Source: Syncephalis fuscata S228 | Taxonomy: Eukaryota > Fungi > Zoopagomycota | Direction of reading: 5' to 3' | Length of the DNA: 64,000 nt | NCBI GenBank assembly: GCA_025786725.1 | Contig: JAHLTZ010000002.1 | Coordinates: forward strand, 248,001-312,000 | Part shown: in pieces, positions 40,596 through 52,016 of the stretch | Layout of the letters: each line of letters starts with the position of its first letter | How positions within the stretch are numbered: position 1 is the first letter of the stretch | The notes under the pieces: generated by a model | Seen by the model: the letters and a program-made list of their open reading frames with translations, nothing else | Database searches by the model: none | What the model was told of the DNA's origin: nothing | Translations under genes and position numbers: made by a program

Positions 40596-41838
40596 GTTGA
40601 CTACCGATAGAAAGAATATTGAATCAATGCAAGATCAAAGATTTAGGCGGTGAATAAAAAACGTCTTTGTTTAAATATACGAATAAATCAAAATAAACTG
40701 ATGATTTGCTGAACGCGTAAATAGGAAGAAAATATTATTTATTTATTACACCCAAGTTGGTGTGTTATTATGAATTTATTACTTGGTCATTTGATTTGTA
40801 TTGTAATATTACTCTAATTGTTAGTAAATTTAATTAATTAAAACTAGCTTTCTATTCATAAATATCGACCTATTACAATGATTGCTTCACTTTTAAAACG
40901 CGTTGGCGCTGTTTCCCATCTATTTAATGAGTTTGACTATAGGTGTCGCCTGGGAACAACAATATTTAGATAATATGCATACTGGATATTATTTGTTAAT
41001 GTTGTTGCTATTTTACTTGTATACCTCATGATGTGTCAACGTCTTAAATCAACCAACTTTATCATTATTATTATCACTATTTCATCACTTTGCTTCATAT
41101 ATTTATAAATTCACTTGTATCAACTAAATATTTGATTATTTATGTTATTAACTTTCTCTTTGTTCTAACTTATATTTGGCAATAACTTGTGCAATCGTGT
41201 TAGCAGCAGAGCACATTGTCTTGGCGTTAAAGACATGCTCAGCAACCATATTAGCAGTATGTCATGTATTGCTACTGTTATATAAACAAGGTTATCAATA
41301 TACTGTAATGACACATGTGCAGTTATTTGTTTACTAATTGCTTTATTTCCTGCTTTATTTGCATATTCTATATCTTTTTCTTAATGTATAGCCAATGGTA
41401 ATTGTAAGGAATTACACTAATCTTTTCATTGTCACATTATTTTAATCGATACTATTGTTAGTAACTAAATATTGTATATTTAACTTTAATCTAGTAGAAT
41501 AATATAAGCTTAAATGTTAGACAGCAAAATAAGTGAATATTGATGATAAAATATAACAAGTTTATCTATACTTGTATTTAACTAATTAAAACAAGACAAA
41601 CTATACAAAGAATATACCTAACGATAAATAAATAGCTTTATTAATAAAGCGTAGTTGATAAAAGATAAAATAGCATAGAGCATAAGGAATGTACGATAAG
41701 AAAGATATGAATTATAGTGTTCAAAGTTAACGAATAAGCTGTGGCTATTATATAATAAGATGATCTATAATAATATATGTATACAATACTAATAAATTTC
41801 TAATAAACCAAATGCTTAGTTTAACTGCCCAAATATTA

Positions 41839-42175
41839 TGTGGTGAAGGAAATGTGCTGTTGCCAATCTTACTATTTTTAGCTGAAGAACACATAGCTCG
41901 GCCTTGCCACGCTATGCATGGCGCGCCTTTAATATAAATGAGATGAATATTGCGCGTAAAATTAAATAAAAAGAGGAGTAGTTCACGTTTGAGTTATATT
42001 TAGTCGTTTATCTTAAAGCAAGTCCGAGTACTTGTGGAGTTTATTCGTGTGGTCATATACATCTCAGAGTTGAGGTGTCGTGTCAATTACTATCGTAGTT
42101 ATCATTTTAAGCGTACACTTAAATCCTTTTCAGGATGAGCCTTCCAACAAATCGTGGAAACGAACAACTACCACA
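41839..42175 (+). repeat. 5' LTR (337 bp)
   Basis: TG...CA with 6-bp inverted termini; followed 2 nt later by a PBS-like TGG tract. Confidence 0.88.
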
Positions 42176-45100
42176 ACTGGAGCCCAATGCGGGGGGCTCT
42201 AGAGTGCACGCCTACCCCGTGAAGCCGCCCAAGCGTTATAATGGAGGATGTATCGAGGAATTCCTATCGCAATATGATAAATATGCGAGATATATGGAGT
42301 GGTCAGATGAAGAAACCATCCGGTGTTTACTCAACTACACCAGAGGAGATGTTGCGCACATCGTAACGTCGAGTCCAGAAGGAATGAGTGGAGATTGGCA
42401 AGCGTTGAAGAAAGAACTGTTGATGGCGTATAGTAGAAAGCCCACTAAGAAGTCACCGGAAGAGCGAGTATCCGCGCTACTTAAAAGCGGTTTCAATTAT
42501 GCGCAGCCCGTATTATTCCTAAATCAATATAATCTATTGTGCAAATGTGTAATTGACATGCCAGAGCGTGAAAAAATCCGAAGATTGTGCAAGATTATCG
42601 ATAAGACTCATCTAAGAATGTGTTTTACCAAGATGCCGCGAGACAACTATACATATCAACAACTATGCGACGCGCTGGTGAACGTATGTGAAGACGACAA
42701 GGCGTTGCACATCGCCCTTGGTATAACAGATTCGGATAGAGACAGCGACATTGATAGGGATGAGAACGAATCAGATGAAGAAGCCGCCATCATCAAGAAG
42801 GAGAAGAAAGTCAAAGAGAGGATTAACAAGAAAGCAGATGAATCTGGAAAGAAGAATCAGGATCATATCACCATAGAACGAAAGGTAGACGATTTATCAG
42901 AACAGTTCCGACAACTGGTGTTGTTAGTCGAAAAACAGCAAGACAACAGAGGACGAATGGACGGGCGAGACAGAAGGAATTTGCTGTGCTTGTATTGCGA
43001 TTCGCCAGATCATGTTAAAAGTCAATGCGGACTATTGACTGATGATTTACGAAACAAATTGGTTACATTGGACGCTGGTAAAGTCACATACCCTAATGGT
43101 TCGCTTGTTCCGTTGAATACTGGTCGAGGCGGTATGCGCAAATTACTGGTCGACACAGCTAACGTACGGATGATCACTGCCGAGCGACCGATCAAGTACG
43201 ACCTTACTTGGGAAAGCGATGTTCAGTTAACGACTATAGAGCCAGAAATCGTAGTAGAGGATGTAGAACATATAGCCGAAGTCAATATGAAACGGGCACG
43301 TGTAGGCACTCGTCAAGCGTCGGAAGCGGTGCCAGTAGAAACCCGTGAAGCTGGTAGTATGACGGAAAGGCAGGCGCGGCCACCAGCCACGCATCAATAC
43401 CGATCTGTCATCGAGGAAGGAGCCGATGTGGATGGCACTGTCGATAAGCTGCTACGTAGCGCGCAGGTGACGATGCCGCTACAAGATTACCTGTCAACAT
43501 CGTCTGTTGCCAGAAAGAAGATGGCTGAGTTGGTCAGTCGTAAGAAGGTGCCTATCGATACAATGGTACAACAAGCCGTGGTGTATGTAGACGGATTGTC
43601 AACGATAGACGGCACTATAGTAGCTAGGCCAACAGCTAAAGTGACGGGACGAGTGGCAGGAGAGCCGGTAGAAATCCAAATCGATCCTGGTGCTGAAATA
43701 AGTGTAATATCTGGCAAGTTATATGACCAGATTGGTAGTCTACCATTGGATGCGGCGCGAGCATGGTCGATGGGTAATGCTTCTGGTACAGCGTCTAAGT
43801 CTAGAGGCATGTGTATCAACGTACCAGTGACCATTGGAGGAGTAACGATAAACGCACACCTAATAGTTGTAGATGGAGCACCGTTCGATGCGTTGGTTGG
43901 AATGCCTTGGTTAGAAGAAGCGTTATGGGAGGTCAAACGAGAAGACGGAAGAGCGTGGGTACACATAACTGATGGCCGAAGCGCGGCTAAGTTCCCTGCG
44001 GCTCCTACAATGGTATCAGCCAGTGGTAGAGGCCAGCAAGACCAACGTAAGAATGTGAACAGTGTTACGGTGCTACGAGAAGAAGAGAGTGAGGACGAAA
44101 TAGTGTTAGGTACGATTACCATGCGTGAATCAGTAACAACAGGTAATACTGCGTCCGTTTATGCCGCTAAATACAAGCCGGTCGGAAAGAAGAAGTTACC
44201 AATCGCCGTGGCAGTACCAAACGGAGAAGAAGCTGAAGACGAAGAACGAGCTGAGAGCAGCAAGTCAAGATTGACTGACGAGCGTATAGCGGACATGATT
44301 ATTGGAAACGGTCAATTAACAGAAGAAGAGACCGCGTACTTCATTGAGCAATTACGCTCTGTAGACGAAGTTTTTGCATTCAACGACGAAGAGATGGGTA
44401 AGCTTAAGGCGGAAATAGAACCACCTGTAAGAATACCAACTGTACCGCATGTGCCATGGACGCAAGCTTCGATCCCGATACCAAGAGCAACATTCAGTAG
44501 AGTAGTAGAGTTATTGCGGGAAAAGATGAATAGCGGAATTATTGAGCCAAGTACTGGTGCTTATAGTAATCGCTGGTTTGTGATTGCTAAGAAAGATGGA
44601 TCTAAGTTACGATTCATACAAGACCTACAACAAGCCAATTCTGTTAGTATTAAGAATGCCAATGCACCGCCGCTGTCAGAAGAACTTACTGAAGACGTGT
44701 CAGGTAGATCTATTATATCTACGTTTGATCTATATTCCGGTTACGATCAAATCCCTGTCGACAATCGTGATCGTGATATATTCTCATTGATGACGCCGAT
44801 TGGACTGGTGAGGATGACACGGTTACCGATGGGTTGGTGTAATAGCGTCGGAGTGTTTCAGCGGATCGTAAATAAGATACTGAGTGAGTATATGCCGCAT
44901 ACAGTAGGCATATTCGTGGACGACGGGATAGTTAAAGGATCGGTGGAGAAGAATGAAAGTATTGTATTGCCAGGAGTAAGAGCGTTTGTGTTTGATCATG
45001 TAGCTGACGTAGTAAAAGTGTTAAAGGCTTTGAGTAAGGCGGGAATAACAGTCAGTGGAAAGAAATGCAGATTTGGTATGGATGAGGTGGAAGTGTTAGG

Positions 45101-46010
45101 TTACCAGTGTACCCAACTAGGAAGAACTGTAACTCCGGATAAGACGGTTAAGATTACGCAATGGCCAACACCAGTCGATAAGAAGCAAGTACGAGCATTT
45201 GTGGCCTGTTGTGCATTCTACCGAGTGCTTATTCCTCACTTCTCTACGATCGCCGAGCCATTGTATTATCTACAGAAGAAGAAAGTAGTATTTCACTGGA
45301 AAGGTGAACAACAACGAGCATTCGATGCGCTAAAACGAAGTATTAGTGAAAGACCAGTCATACGACCGCCGGTGTATGGTGACGACAATCGACCACTTAT
45401 CTTAACAGTAGATGCTAGTCCTGTTGGTGCTGGCGCTGTGTTGGGACAATGCGATGAAGAAGGAGTGAAGTATGCTGTGCGGTATGACAGTTGTTTATTT
45501 AACGGTGCGCAGAGACGATACGCACAAGTCAAACGAGAATTATTTGGTTTATATCAGATGGTGAAGAAAATGAGGAAATATGTGCATGGTGTGAAATTTA
45601 TCATTGAGACAGACGCTAGACCTGTCATCGGCATGCTGAGAAAGCCTGATTTACCTAATGATGCAGCAAGTCGATGGGTAGCTTACCTTTCGTTGTTTAA
45701 TTATGAAATACGTCATATTCCGGGTGATAAGAACGTAGTAGCTGATGCGCTTAGTCGTGTTGACATGGGACAAGAAATGTTGACAGATGAAGATGATGAA
45801 GATGACAAGGTGTTATGGAACTATCACATCGAGGACGTCAGCGGTGATGAATTATTTGGAGTGACTAGTGTCAAACAAGTTAATACTGATAAAATGACAG
45901 CTAGGTCGCCCTATTATTATTTATTGTATTTTCTCGAGCATGGTTGCATGCACAACGACTGTAATGATAGCGACAAAAAGAGGAGTAGTTCACGTTTGAG
46001 TTATATTTAG
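42135..46010 (+). CDS. Gag-protease-RT-RNase H polyprotein; starts in the 5' LTR and ends at a stop in the 3' LTR remnant
   Basis: Zinc knuckle CLYCDSPDHVKSQC; protease IQIDPGAEIS; RT DLYSGYDQI, LPMG, FVDD; RNase H VDAS..., ETD, NVVADALSR. Confidence 0.92.
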   Translation: MSLPTNRGNEQLPQLEPNAGGSRVHAYPVKPPKRYNGGCIEEFLSQYDKYARYMEWSDEETIRCLLNYTRGDVAHIVTSSPEGMSGDWQALKKELLMAYSRKPTKKSPEERVSALLKSGFNYAQPVLFLNQYNLLCKCVIDMPEREKIRRLCKIIDKTHLRMCFTKMPRDNYTYQQLCDALVNVCEDDKALHIALGITDSDRDSDIDRDENESDEEAAIIKKEKKVKERINKKADESGKKNQDHITIERKVDDLSEQFRQLVLLVEKQQDNRGRMDGRDRRNLLCLYCDSPDHVKSQCGLLTDDLRNKLVTLDAGKVTYPNGSLVPLNTGRGGMRKLLVDTANVRMITAERPIKYDLTWESDVQLTTIEPEIVVEDVEHIAEVNMKRARVGTRQASEAVPVETREAGSMTERQARPPATHQYRSVIEEGADVDGTVDKLLRSAQVTMPLQDYLSTSSVARKKMAELVSRKKVPIDTMVQQAVVYVDGLSTIDGTIVARPTAKVTGRVAGEPVEIQIDPGAEISVISGKLYDQIGSLPLDAARAWSMGNASGTASKSRGMCINVPVTIGGVTINAHLIVVDGAPFDALVGMPWLEEALWEVKREDGRAWVHITDGRSAAKFPAAPTMVSASGRGQQDQRKNVNSVTVLREEESEDEIVLGTITMRESVTTGNTASVYAAKYKPVGKKKLPIAVAVPNGEEAEDEERAESSKSRLTDERIADMIIGNGQLTEEETAYFIEQLRSVDEVFAFNDEEMGKLKAEIEPPVRIPTVPHVPWTQASIPIPRATFSRVVELLREKMNSGIIEPSTGAYSNRWFVIAKKDGSKLRFIQDLQQANSVSIKNANAPPLSEELTEDVSGRSIISTFDLYSGYDQIPVDNRDRDIFSLMTPIGLVRMTRLPMGWCNSVGVFQRIVNKILSEYMPHTVGIFVDDGIVKGSVEKNESIVLPGVRAFVFDHVADVVKVLKALSKAGITVSGKKCRFGMDEVEVLGYQCTQLGRTVTPDKTVKITQWPTPVDKKQVRAFVACCAFYRVLIPHFSTIAEPLYYLQKKKVVFHWKGEQQRAFDALKRSISERPVIRPPVYGDDNRPLILTVDASPVGAGAVLGQCDEEGVKYAVRYDSCLFNGAQRRYAQVKRELFGLYQMVKKMRKYVHGVKFIIETDARPVIGMLRKPDLPNDAASRWVAYLSLFNYEIRHIPGDKNVVADALSRVDMGQEMLTDEDDEDDKVLWNYHIEDVSGDELFGVTSVKQVNTDKMTARSPYYYLLYFLEHGCMHNDCNDSDKKRSSSRLSYI
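42178..42195 (+). promoter_or_regulatory. Candidate tRNA primer-binding site
   Basis: TGGAGCCCAATGCGGGGG just after the LTR; its complement ends ...GGGCU-CCA like a tRNA 3' end. tRNA identity not established. Confidence 0.6.
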
Positions 46011-46182
46011 TCGTTTATCTTAAAGCAAGTCCGAGTACTTGTGGAGTTTATTCGTGTGGTCATATACATCTCAGAGTTGAGGTGTCGTGTCAATTACTAT
46101 CGTAGTTATCATTTTAAGCGTACACTTAAATCCTTTTCAGGATGAGCCTTCCAACAAATCGTGGAAACGAACAACTACCACA
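45975..46182 (+). repeat. 3' LTR remnant (lacks first 129 bp)
   Basis: Identical by eye to 41968-42175; joined to pol sequence at AAAAAG. Confidence 0.9.
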
Positions 46183-46375
46183 ATTATATAAATAAATAAA
46201 TAAATAAGAAATGGATTATCACTCATTTTAATCGTAAAGTAATTCTGTATATCTTTTTTATCTTCATTCATCTCTTTATCCATGTATCCATCCATCCATC
46301 CATCTATTCATCGGTCGTGTTTTTGTATATTAATGGTAGGTTGCGTATACCTGCGTGCTATATGTATATGTTTGT

Positions 46376-46635
46376 ACGCCACGGATTTTGTCAGAGCGGT
46401 GTTTGCCTTTCTGTGGCCTCCGTCTTGTTACGCCCGCTGGCAGAGCAACGGCATCGGGCACACTTACGGGGCGCGTTTTGCGCTGCGTAGCCGAGCCCAC
46501 TATATGTCAAAGTCACCATAGAGTTGGACACGTACCTAGTGTAGGCCGTGTTTTTGCATGGTCTATTCACCCAGTACCTTGTGTAGACAAGTCAACACTG
46601 GCCACGTCGTGTCCGTAGTTAGGAGACGCACATTT
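46376..46635 (+). ncRNA. snR191: H/ACA snoRNA U19/snR191/SNORA74 homolog (guides LSU rRNA helix-69 pseudouridines)
   Basis: Hairpin 1 pocket GTCA (46390) + GTTAC (46427), 15 nt before H box AGAGCA (46442). An internal hairpin follows. The 3' hairpin pocket is AGAGT (46520) + TAGTTA (46616), 14 nt before ACA (46630). The pockets are antisense to GUAAC-U-A-UGAC and UAACUA-U-G-ACUCU of conserved helix 69. Confidence 0.88.
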
Positions 46636-46823
46636 CTTACCATTAATTGCTTGCCATTGCTAACCAACTGTTTTACATAATAGATGATCAACCGTGAGCG
46701 TACCGATATAATAAAATATTTTACTTTATCAATATTTATAAAGTTGTTCAAATGGTTATATACGTGTTTATTCAAATATTAAATGATACAGTTATTAAAG
46801 ATTTTGATAATGAATAACGCTGT

Positions 46824-48026
46824 TTAAAAGTTGGCTGGCGGACGGCGTCGATATATTGCACAGGGAGGTGTGCCACGAACAGATTTATACCGACGCAATG
46901 CTTCACGTAAATGTTCTGGTCGTAATGATCCCGCCTGGCCAGCTTCCTCCATGACGTCACGCGCTGTATTAAAACATAAAGTATCAGCTACATGACAAAC
47001 AAACGATGCTGTCATCTCTAATCTAGCCACTTGCCTATTTCAACAATTTCACCAACAAATACTTTGGTAAATCCAGCTACTACAAATGCCATTGTAGGCG
47101 ATATTGTCTGTTGTAATATAGATGCAACAAGCTATTGAAATGCAGTTGTAGTAATGATGTCAGTCAGTGTAGAAGCTTTCTTTGCGATACTTACCTTTCG
47201 AACGGCGCTTTTGCTTAGTGCCGAACGCCGATAGACTTCGTATCGTTGCAGTTGATCTTCAGAGAAAACACTCATTAGCATGCTATTTACGATATATTAG
47301 TCTATGCCTTTTTGTCGTGTCTATTAATTACCGTAGCTCTTCCTTTGATGTTGCATCTTGTGCTTGTTCAATAGCTTCAGCGTCCGGTACTTCTTCCTCT
47401 TCCTCCTCGTCTTCCTCTCCTTCCTCAGCCACTTCAGCCATTTGAGTCGATCGGCCTAGTGGATGCCGAGTGTTCACATCGTCGAGTAATGCACCGGCAA
47501 TTGAACTTGCCCTTGAATCCACTAGTCGATTGGATTTACTCATTAGTGGCATGTCATTGTCTTCGCTACTCGGTAAATGTGCCGCGCCTGACTTGGAAGA
47601 TAAACGTGATGCTCGGCCCATTGTTTCTGGCTCGCTATCCTTTAATAGTTCGCGCATCATACTGGCTTGCAAGCCACTTAAACCCGGCATACCACCACCT
47701 AGATCACCCATAGGCGAAAATAGCGTACTTGGCTGAAAGCCAGAAGGAATTGGCTCCAAATCGTCAAGATCTACGTCAAGATCGTCGTCGTCCAAATCAT
47801 CGGCACTACCTAGCTCTTCATCGCTCTCTTCTTTCTTGGCACCGCTATCTGCCAAACTGGAATCTACAGGCTGCTGCTGCTGCTCTTCTTCTATACCCTC
47901 CATGTTAGATTCCATATTAGCAGCCAACGAGCTTGCCAGACTATTCAGCGCAGGATTATTAAAGCTGATTGAACCCTGGCCGAGTCCAGTCAAGAATGCA
48001 TTCAATGCACCATCATCGTCAGCCAT
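46824..48026 (-). CDS. TAF11: TFIID subunit 11 (histone fold), 4 exons
   Basis: Acidic N-terminus, then spliced LMSVFSEDQLQRYEVYRRSAL / AGFTKVFVGEIVE / LRPEHLREALRRY. Confidence 0.9.
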
Positions 48027-49061
48027 TGTAAGATCGTGTCTACAGATCGCAAACTATAACGAGTTTAAACAACTATTACAACAGACAAAGATGGTTAAGT
48101 GTGCGCTAGGAATAAAAGTAGACGCGTAAAGTGTAAGAATAATTTCAAATAAACAATATTATATATTTATAATATTCATGTTTTACATTATATCTGCCAT
48201 AATAATACTATTCCATCTATATTCTTACTTGTTTAATTATAATTTAGCTATTCATCATATCATTTATCAGTATATCGCCTACTGATTACATGTCATTAAT
48301 AAAAACTGTTTGCTTATTATTAATTGTGTTGTAGATATGGATTTATTTTTCTGTCGTATACACTGTAATTTGCTTAATTATAGTATTTGCCTTAACACTT
48401 AGAATATAATGTGTTAATTGATTAATATTACTGTAATAATAATATATTCTTTGTTAATTATTAATTATAATGCACTTATGATATTGATTGCTGCTTAAAT
48501 ACACGCATAACTGTGTTTATCTTTGTGTTTATCTTAGTGTTTATTAAATATAAAAAACATGTTATGTTAATAAAAATGGCTAGACAGGTAAATCTCGGCA
48601 CGTTTGTAATTTAAAAAAAGCATGTTGTTATATGATGGCCCAACATCCAAGCGATAAGCGAGAAAAGGCGAACAACGCTATAATCTTTTTGTCAGCTATA
48701 TCACAGCAAATCAAAGCGTTATCAAGTATTTTGCTTCTAAACCGCCATTCCAAACTGGTTTAAAGGGGGGTAGAATTGTCGAATGAGCCACTGCCCGCAC
48801 AGATAATGCCTTAAGGATGATACGAGTTCATTGCACAATCAAGTTAAACCGGTTTGGTTAGGCCTTAAATTATTAGCCTGGTACATTTCTACAGCATGTG
48901 ATCAAGCGGTAGTACGCCGCCTTTTATTTTTTTCATATTTATAAACGACTTTTAAATAAGCTAAGCAAACTAAACAACCTTTAAATTACTTCCAAGTTAT
49001 ATTTTTCATGATTCACAATTATTATTTCGATAGTGCTATTATACAGCTTTATTAAACAACA

Positions 49062-49496
49062 ATGTCCAGCCAGAATACAAGCTGTCAAGACACAAGTTGT
49101 ATAACTTTAGCAGCTTGTCAAAATTCAGCAAACAGTCAAGATACAACAAACGACCAAAACGCAACGACCTGTCAAGATACAACAGCAAACGATCAAAACA
49201 CGACGATTTGCCCAGATAGCACACTTATAAATATTCCTGAAGACAATAGCACAATGGCTAATGCATCAAATAACACGTCCAATCCACAGCAACCACCCCA
49301 TACCGAATTAACGATTAATAATCAACCTACGGTATCCCAGCAAGAAGAAGAACATCGGATGCTTGCAGCCCTAAAGAAACCAGAACCGCCCGTTCTATGT
49401 ACCAGAAGCTGTACTCCTGCACGTGTAATATTTATTTCAATAATTGTTGCAGTGAAAATCATATTATTAATGTGCTATGCTTTTAGAACACATTAA
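49062..49496 (+). CDS. Small tail-anchored protein with N-terminal CQD/DQN-type short repeats
   Basis: 144-aa ORF with about 6-7-residue repeats and one C-terminal hydrophobic segment. Confidence 0.55.
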   Translation: MSSQNTSCQDTSCITLAACQNSANSQDTTNDQNATTCQDTTANDQNTTICPDSTLINIPEDNSTMANASNNTSNPQQPPHTELTINNQPTVSQQEEEHRMLAALKKPEPPVLCTRSCTPARVIFISIIVAVKIILLMCYAFRTH

Positions 49497-50359
49497 GCAT
49501 TTCGGCAAATTGTACTCTGCTTTTTCAAAGCAATTTATTATTAAATTCATACATTCAAATGCTGTTATAATTCTAGTTTAAAAAATCCAACCCAAATGAC
49601 CAACCAACATCTTATCCTGGCGTTATCCTATAATGTTTACTTTTTAGTGTTTGTTAATACATATTTTAGTTTTCAAATACAGAGTGTTGGTTGGTTAGTA
49701 TTACTTTGATAATAAACTTATTTCTTATCGTTCTTAATGATCAAATTTTAATTATAATAAGCTGGAATTAGATACTATACTGTTTTTTATTGATACTGAC
49801 TAATGTTGCCATTATATAGTAAACATAATTAATGATATATCTCAAATACTTTGTAAAATTTCATCAATAGCACAAAGTATCAGTTCATCTAGTTGTTTAT
49901 ATGTCTACAACAAACAAAAATTTATTTTTAGTATTTTTGTAATAGCTATTTGCTGTTATCAACTAGTGCTGATATTCGTTGTATTAATTTTTATGCTTAT
50001 TCATATATAATATTAACAGTTTAGCCGACTACATGGTGCATTTATTGGTAATAATAGGTGCCCATATTTGCTACAATAACATAAATTCATGACAGGGATT
50101 ACATCAATAAAGTAACATTTTAAACGTGGTAATACCTATAGTTGATAATGCTTTTATAAATCAATAAACGAGCCAATATAAAAGTATAATAATTGCTTTG
50201 AAAGTATGCAATATCTCCTTTATACTAATTTAGCAAAAAGTAAATTATTAACTTGAATAAATAGGCGTATAAAAACACTTTATACAGCACAAACTAACAA
50301 TGACTTTTATTACTAATTTAAACATTAAAAATGATTTAATTGCAAATAATGGCATATCA

Positions 50360-51510
50360 GTAAATCAACTATCATTACCATAATCATAATCATCACAATC
50401 ACTACCATAATTATTAAGGATCATTTGCTTAAACTCTTCAATTTTCGAAAATATATCTATAAGCTTAGTAGATTGTATAGATGATACTTTTTTTATATAA
50501 TATATTTTCTTAAATAAAGATTAGTATTTATAACACTATAACAGTCTTTCATGTATTCTATTAATTCTTCACGGCTACGCTGACAATCACTAATGGTGTC
50601 TAATTCTTTATAAATTTTGCTGGCATAACTAATTATTCTTTGAATTATTAATTCGTATTTCCCTATGTAAAATATTAGATCCATTGTTATATCTTTGTAA
50701 GCATTGCTATTTGTTTTGTTGAATTCTATTTTACACTTCTCTGGCTCTTTTACTTTTCTCTAATAATCGTTTTCTAGTTTTCTTTTTTCTTTTGGTAGTG
50801 GTTTTTCATTTCTATTTATTTTTGCAATAGTTACTTTTCAGCTTCTTTCTTCTGATAACTATATTCTATTTCGTTTTGTTTTTGTCATATTTATCTTCTA
50901 ACTGTTCTTTCTTTTTTCGATAATCGCTTTCTAGTTCTTTTTCTTTTTCTTTTTGCTAATTATTTTCCATTATTTTTCTGATAGGCATATTCTAGCTGTT
51001 TTTCTTTTACTCGGTAATCTTTTTCTAATTCTTCTTTTCTTTTATGATAATCAATATATATATACTTTTGTTTTGTATAATTGCTTTCAAGCTGTTCTTT
51101 TTTTCTGGTAATTATGTTCTATTTCTTTTTGTCTTTCTTGATTCTTAATCTTGCTTTCCAATGTCTCAATTTTACTTTGTAGTTGTATATTCGTCTTGAG
51201 CAACATCGCATTGGTATTTCTTACTTCATTTAATTCATTGATTTGCTGTATATTTTTTTCATACAATTTGCTAATTTTTTTAGCAACACGATATTGATTA
51301 AATCTATTGAATTATATAAGCTTAAAACACACAAGCATTTGTATACTTGTTTTGAATTGTCTTTCGTAATCTTTACAAAAAATGTCTATTTCCTTTTGTT
51401 ACTTCATATGTCTGACTCAATCTTTCAGGACCATGCTGGACAGCACTGACATCGAAATGGTCTTCAAGGTACTTATAAAGACTATCTACATTCAACTGTC
51501 ACATAATAAG
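50360..51510 (-). pseudogene. Coiled-coil protein gene with about 11-aa repeats, copy 1 (disrupted)
   Basis: LNVDSLYKYLEDHFDVS matches LDVDGLCSYLENHFDVS of copy 2; LENDY..KEK repeats; many frame breaks. Confidence 0.5.
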
Positions 51511-51791
51511 TCACAGCAATAGATATATTATCAATAGCTTAAATATTGATTTTTCAAAATAAATAAAAAAGTTTCTAAAAATAAAGGAGCTATAACATTT
51601 CCTACTGAATGATGCAGTAGCTGCATTTGTATGCAGATTTGTGATAGAAGGGGCAGCCATGTGCATATCACATTGTTTATAAAAATTATAGCATATGGTC
51701 AAAGCACCTCATTCTATGTTAACAAAGACATAGGACACAAAGTAAAGAGGAGAAAAAGGCTTTTATTATTATAGTACAGCTTATATTCACG

Positions 51792-52016
51792 GTTAGAATA
51801 GAAAATTTAAAAAAAACAGAGCTAAACATACAATTCATAGTAAGCTATATCATCAGCTACAATTATACCAAACATAACATTAGTATCAATATGTATAAAC
51901 ATATCTAAAGTTGTAAACTATTACGTAATACTATAGGGTCGAGTCAACTAAACAAATGACTAATATAATTGTTAAAATGGCGAGCGTGAGCGTGATTGTA
52001 ATAAATATGGCTAATA
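51792..52016. repeat. About 225-bp conserved non-coding direct repeat, copy 1
   Basis: Highly similar to 59090-59318. Confidence 0.85.

Larger units (their letters stand above)
41839..46182 (+). mobile_element. Ty3/Gypsy LTR retrotransposon, internally deleted (no integrase, no PPT, 3' LTR 5'-truncated)
   Basis: TGTGGT...ACCACA termini; ATTA on both flanks (4-bp TSD); 208-bp identical repeat 41968-42175 / 45975-46182; single gag-pol ORF in PR-RT-RH order. Confidence 0.93.

Noticed and set aside
41968-46182. Novel integrase-free retroelement class with 208-bp LTRs
   Set aside because: The TG...CA ends and TSD show a 337-bp LTR and a secondary deletion; no recombinase domain is present.
46282-46618. 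ORFs 46282-46521 and 46355-46618
   Set aside because: Chance ORFs over the GC-rich snoRNA.
46376-46635. RNase MRP, snR30/U17 or telomerase RNA as the identity of this structured region
   Set aside because: Lacks MRP P4 motifs, U17 m1/m2 and a telomeric template; both U19 guide pockets fit.
51927-51938. T7-promoter-like TAATACTATAGGG (also at about 59228)
   Set aside because: Only a partial match, present in both copies of a genomic repeat; not vector sequence.
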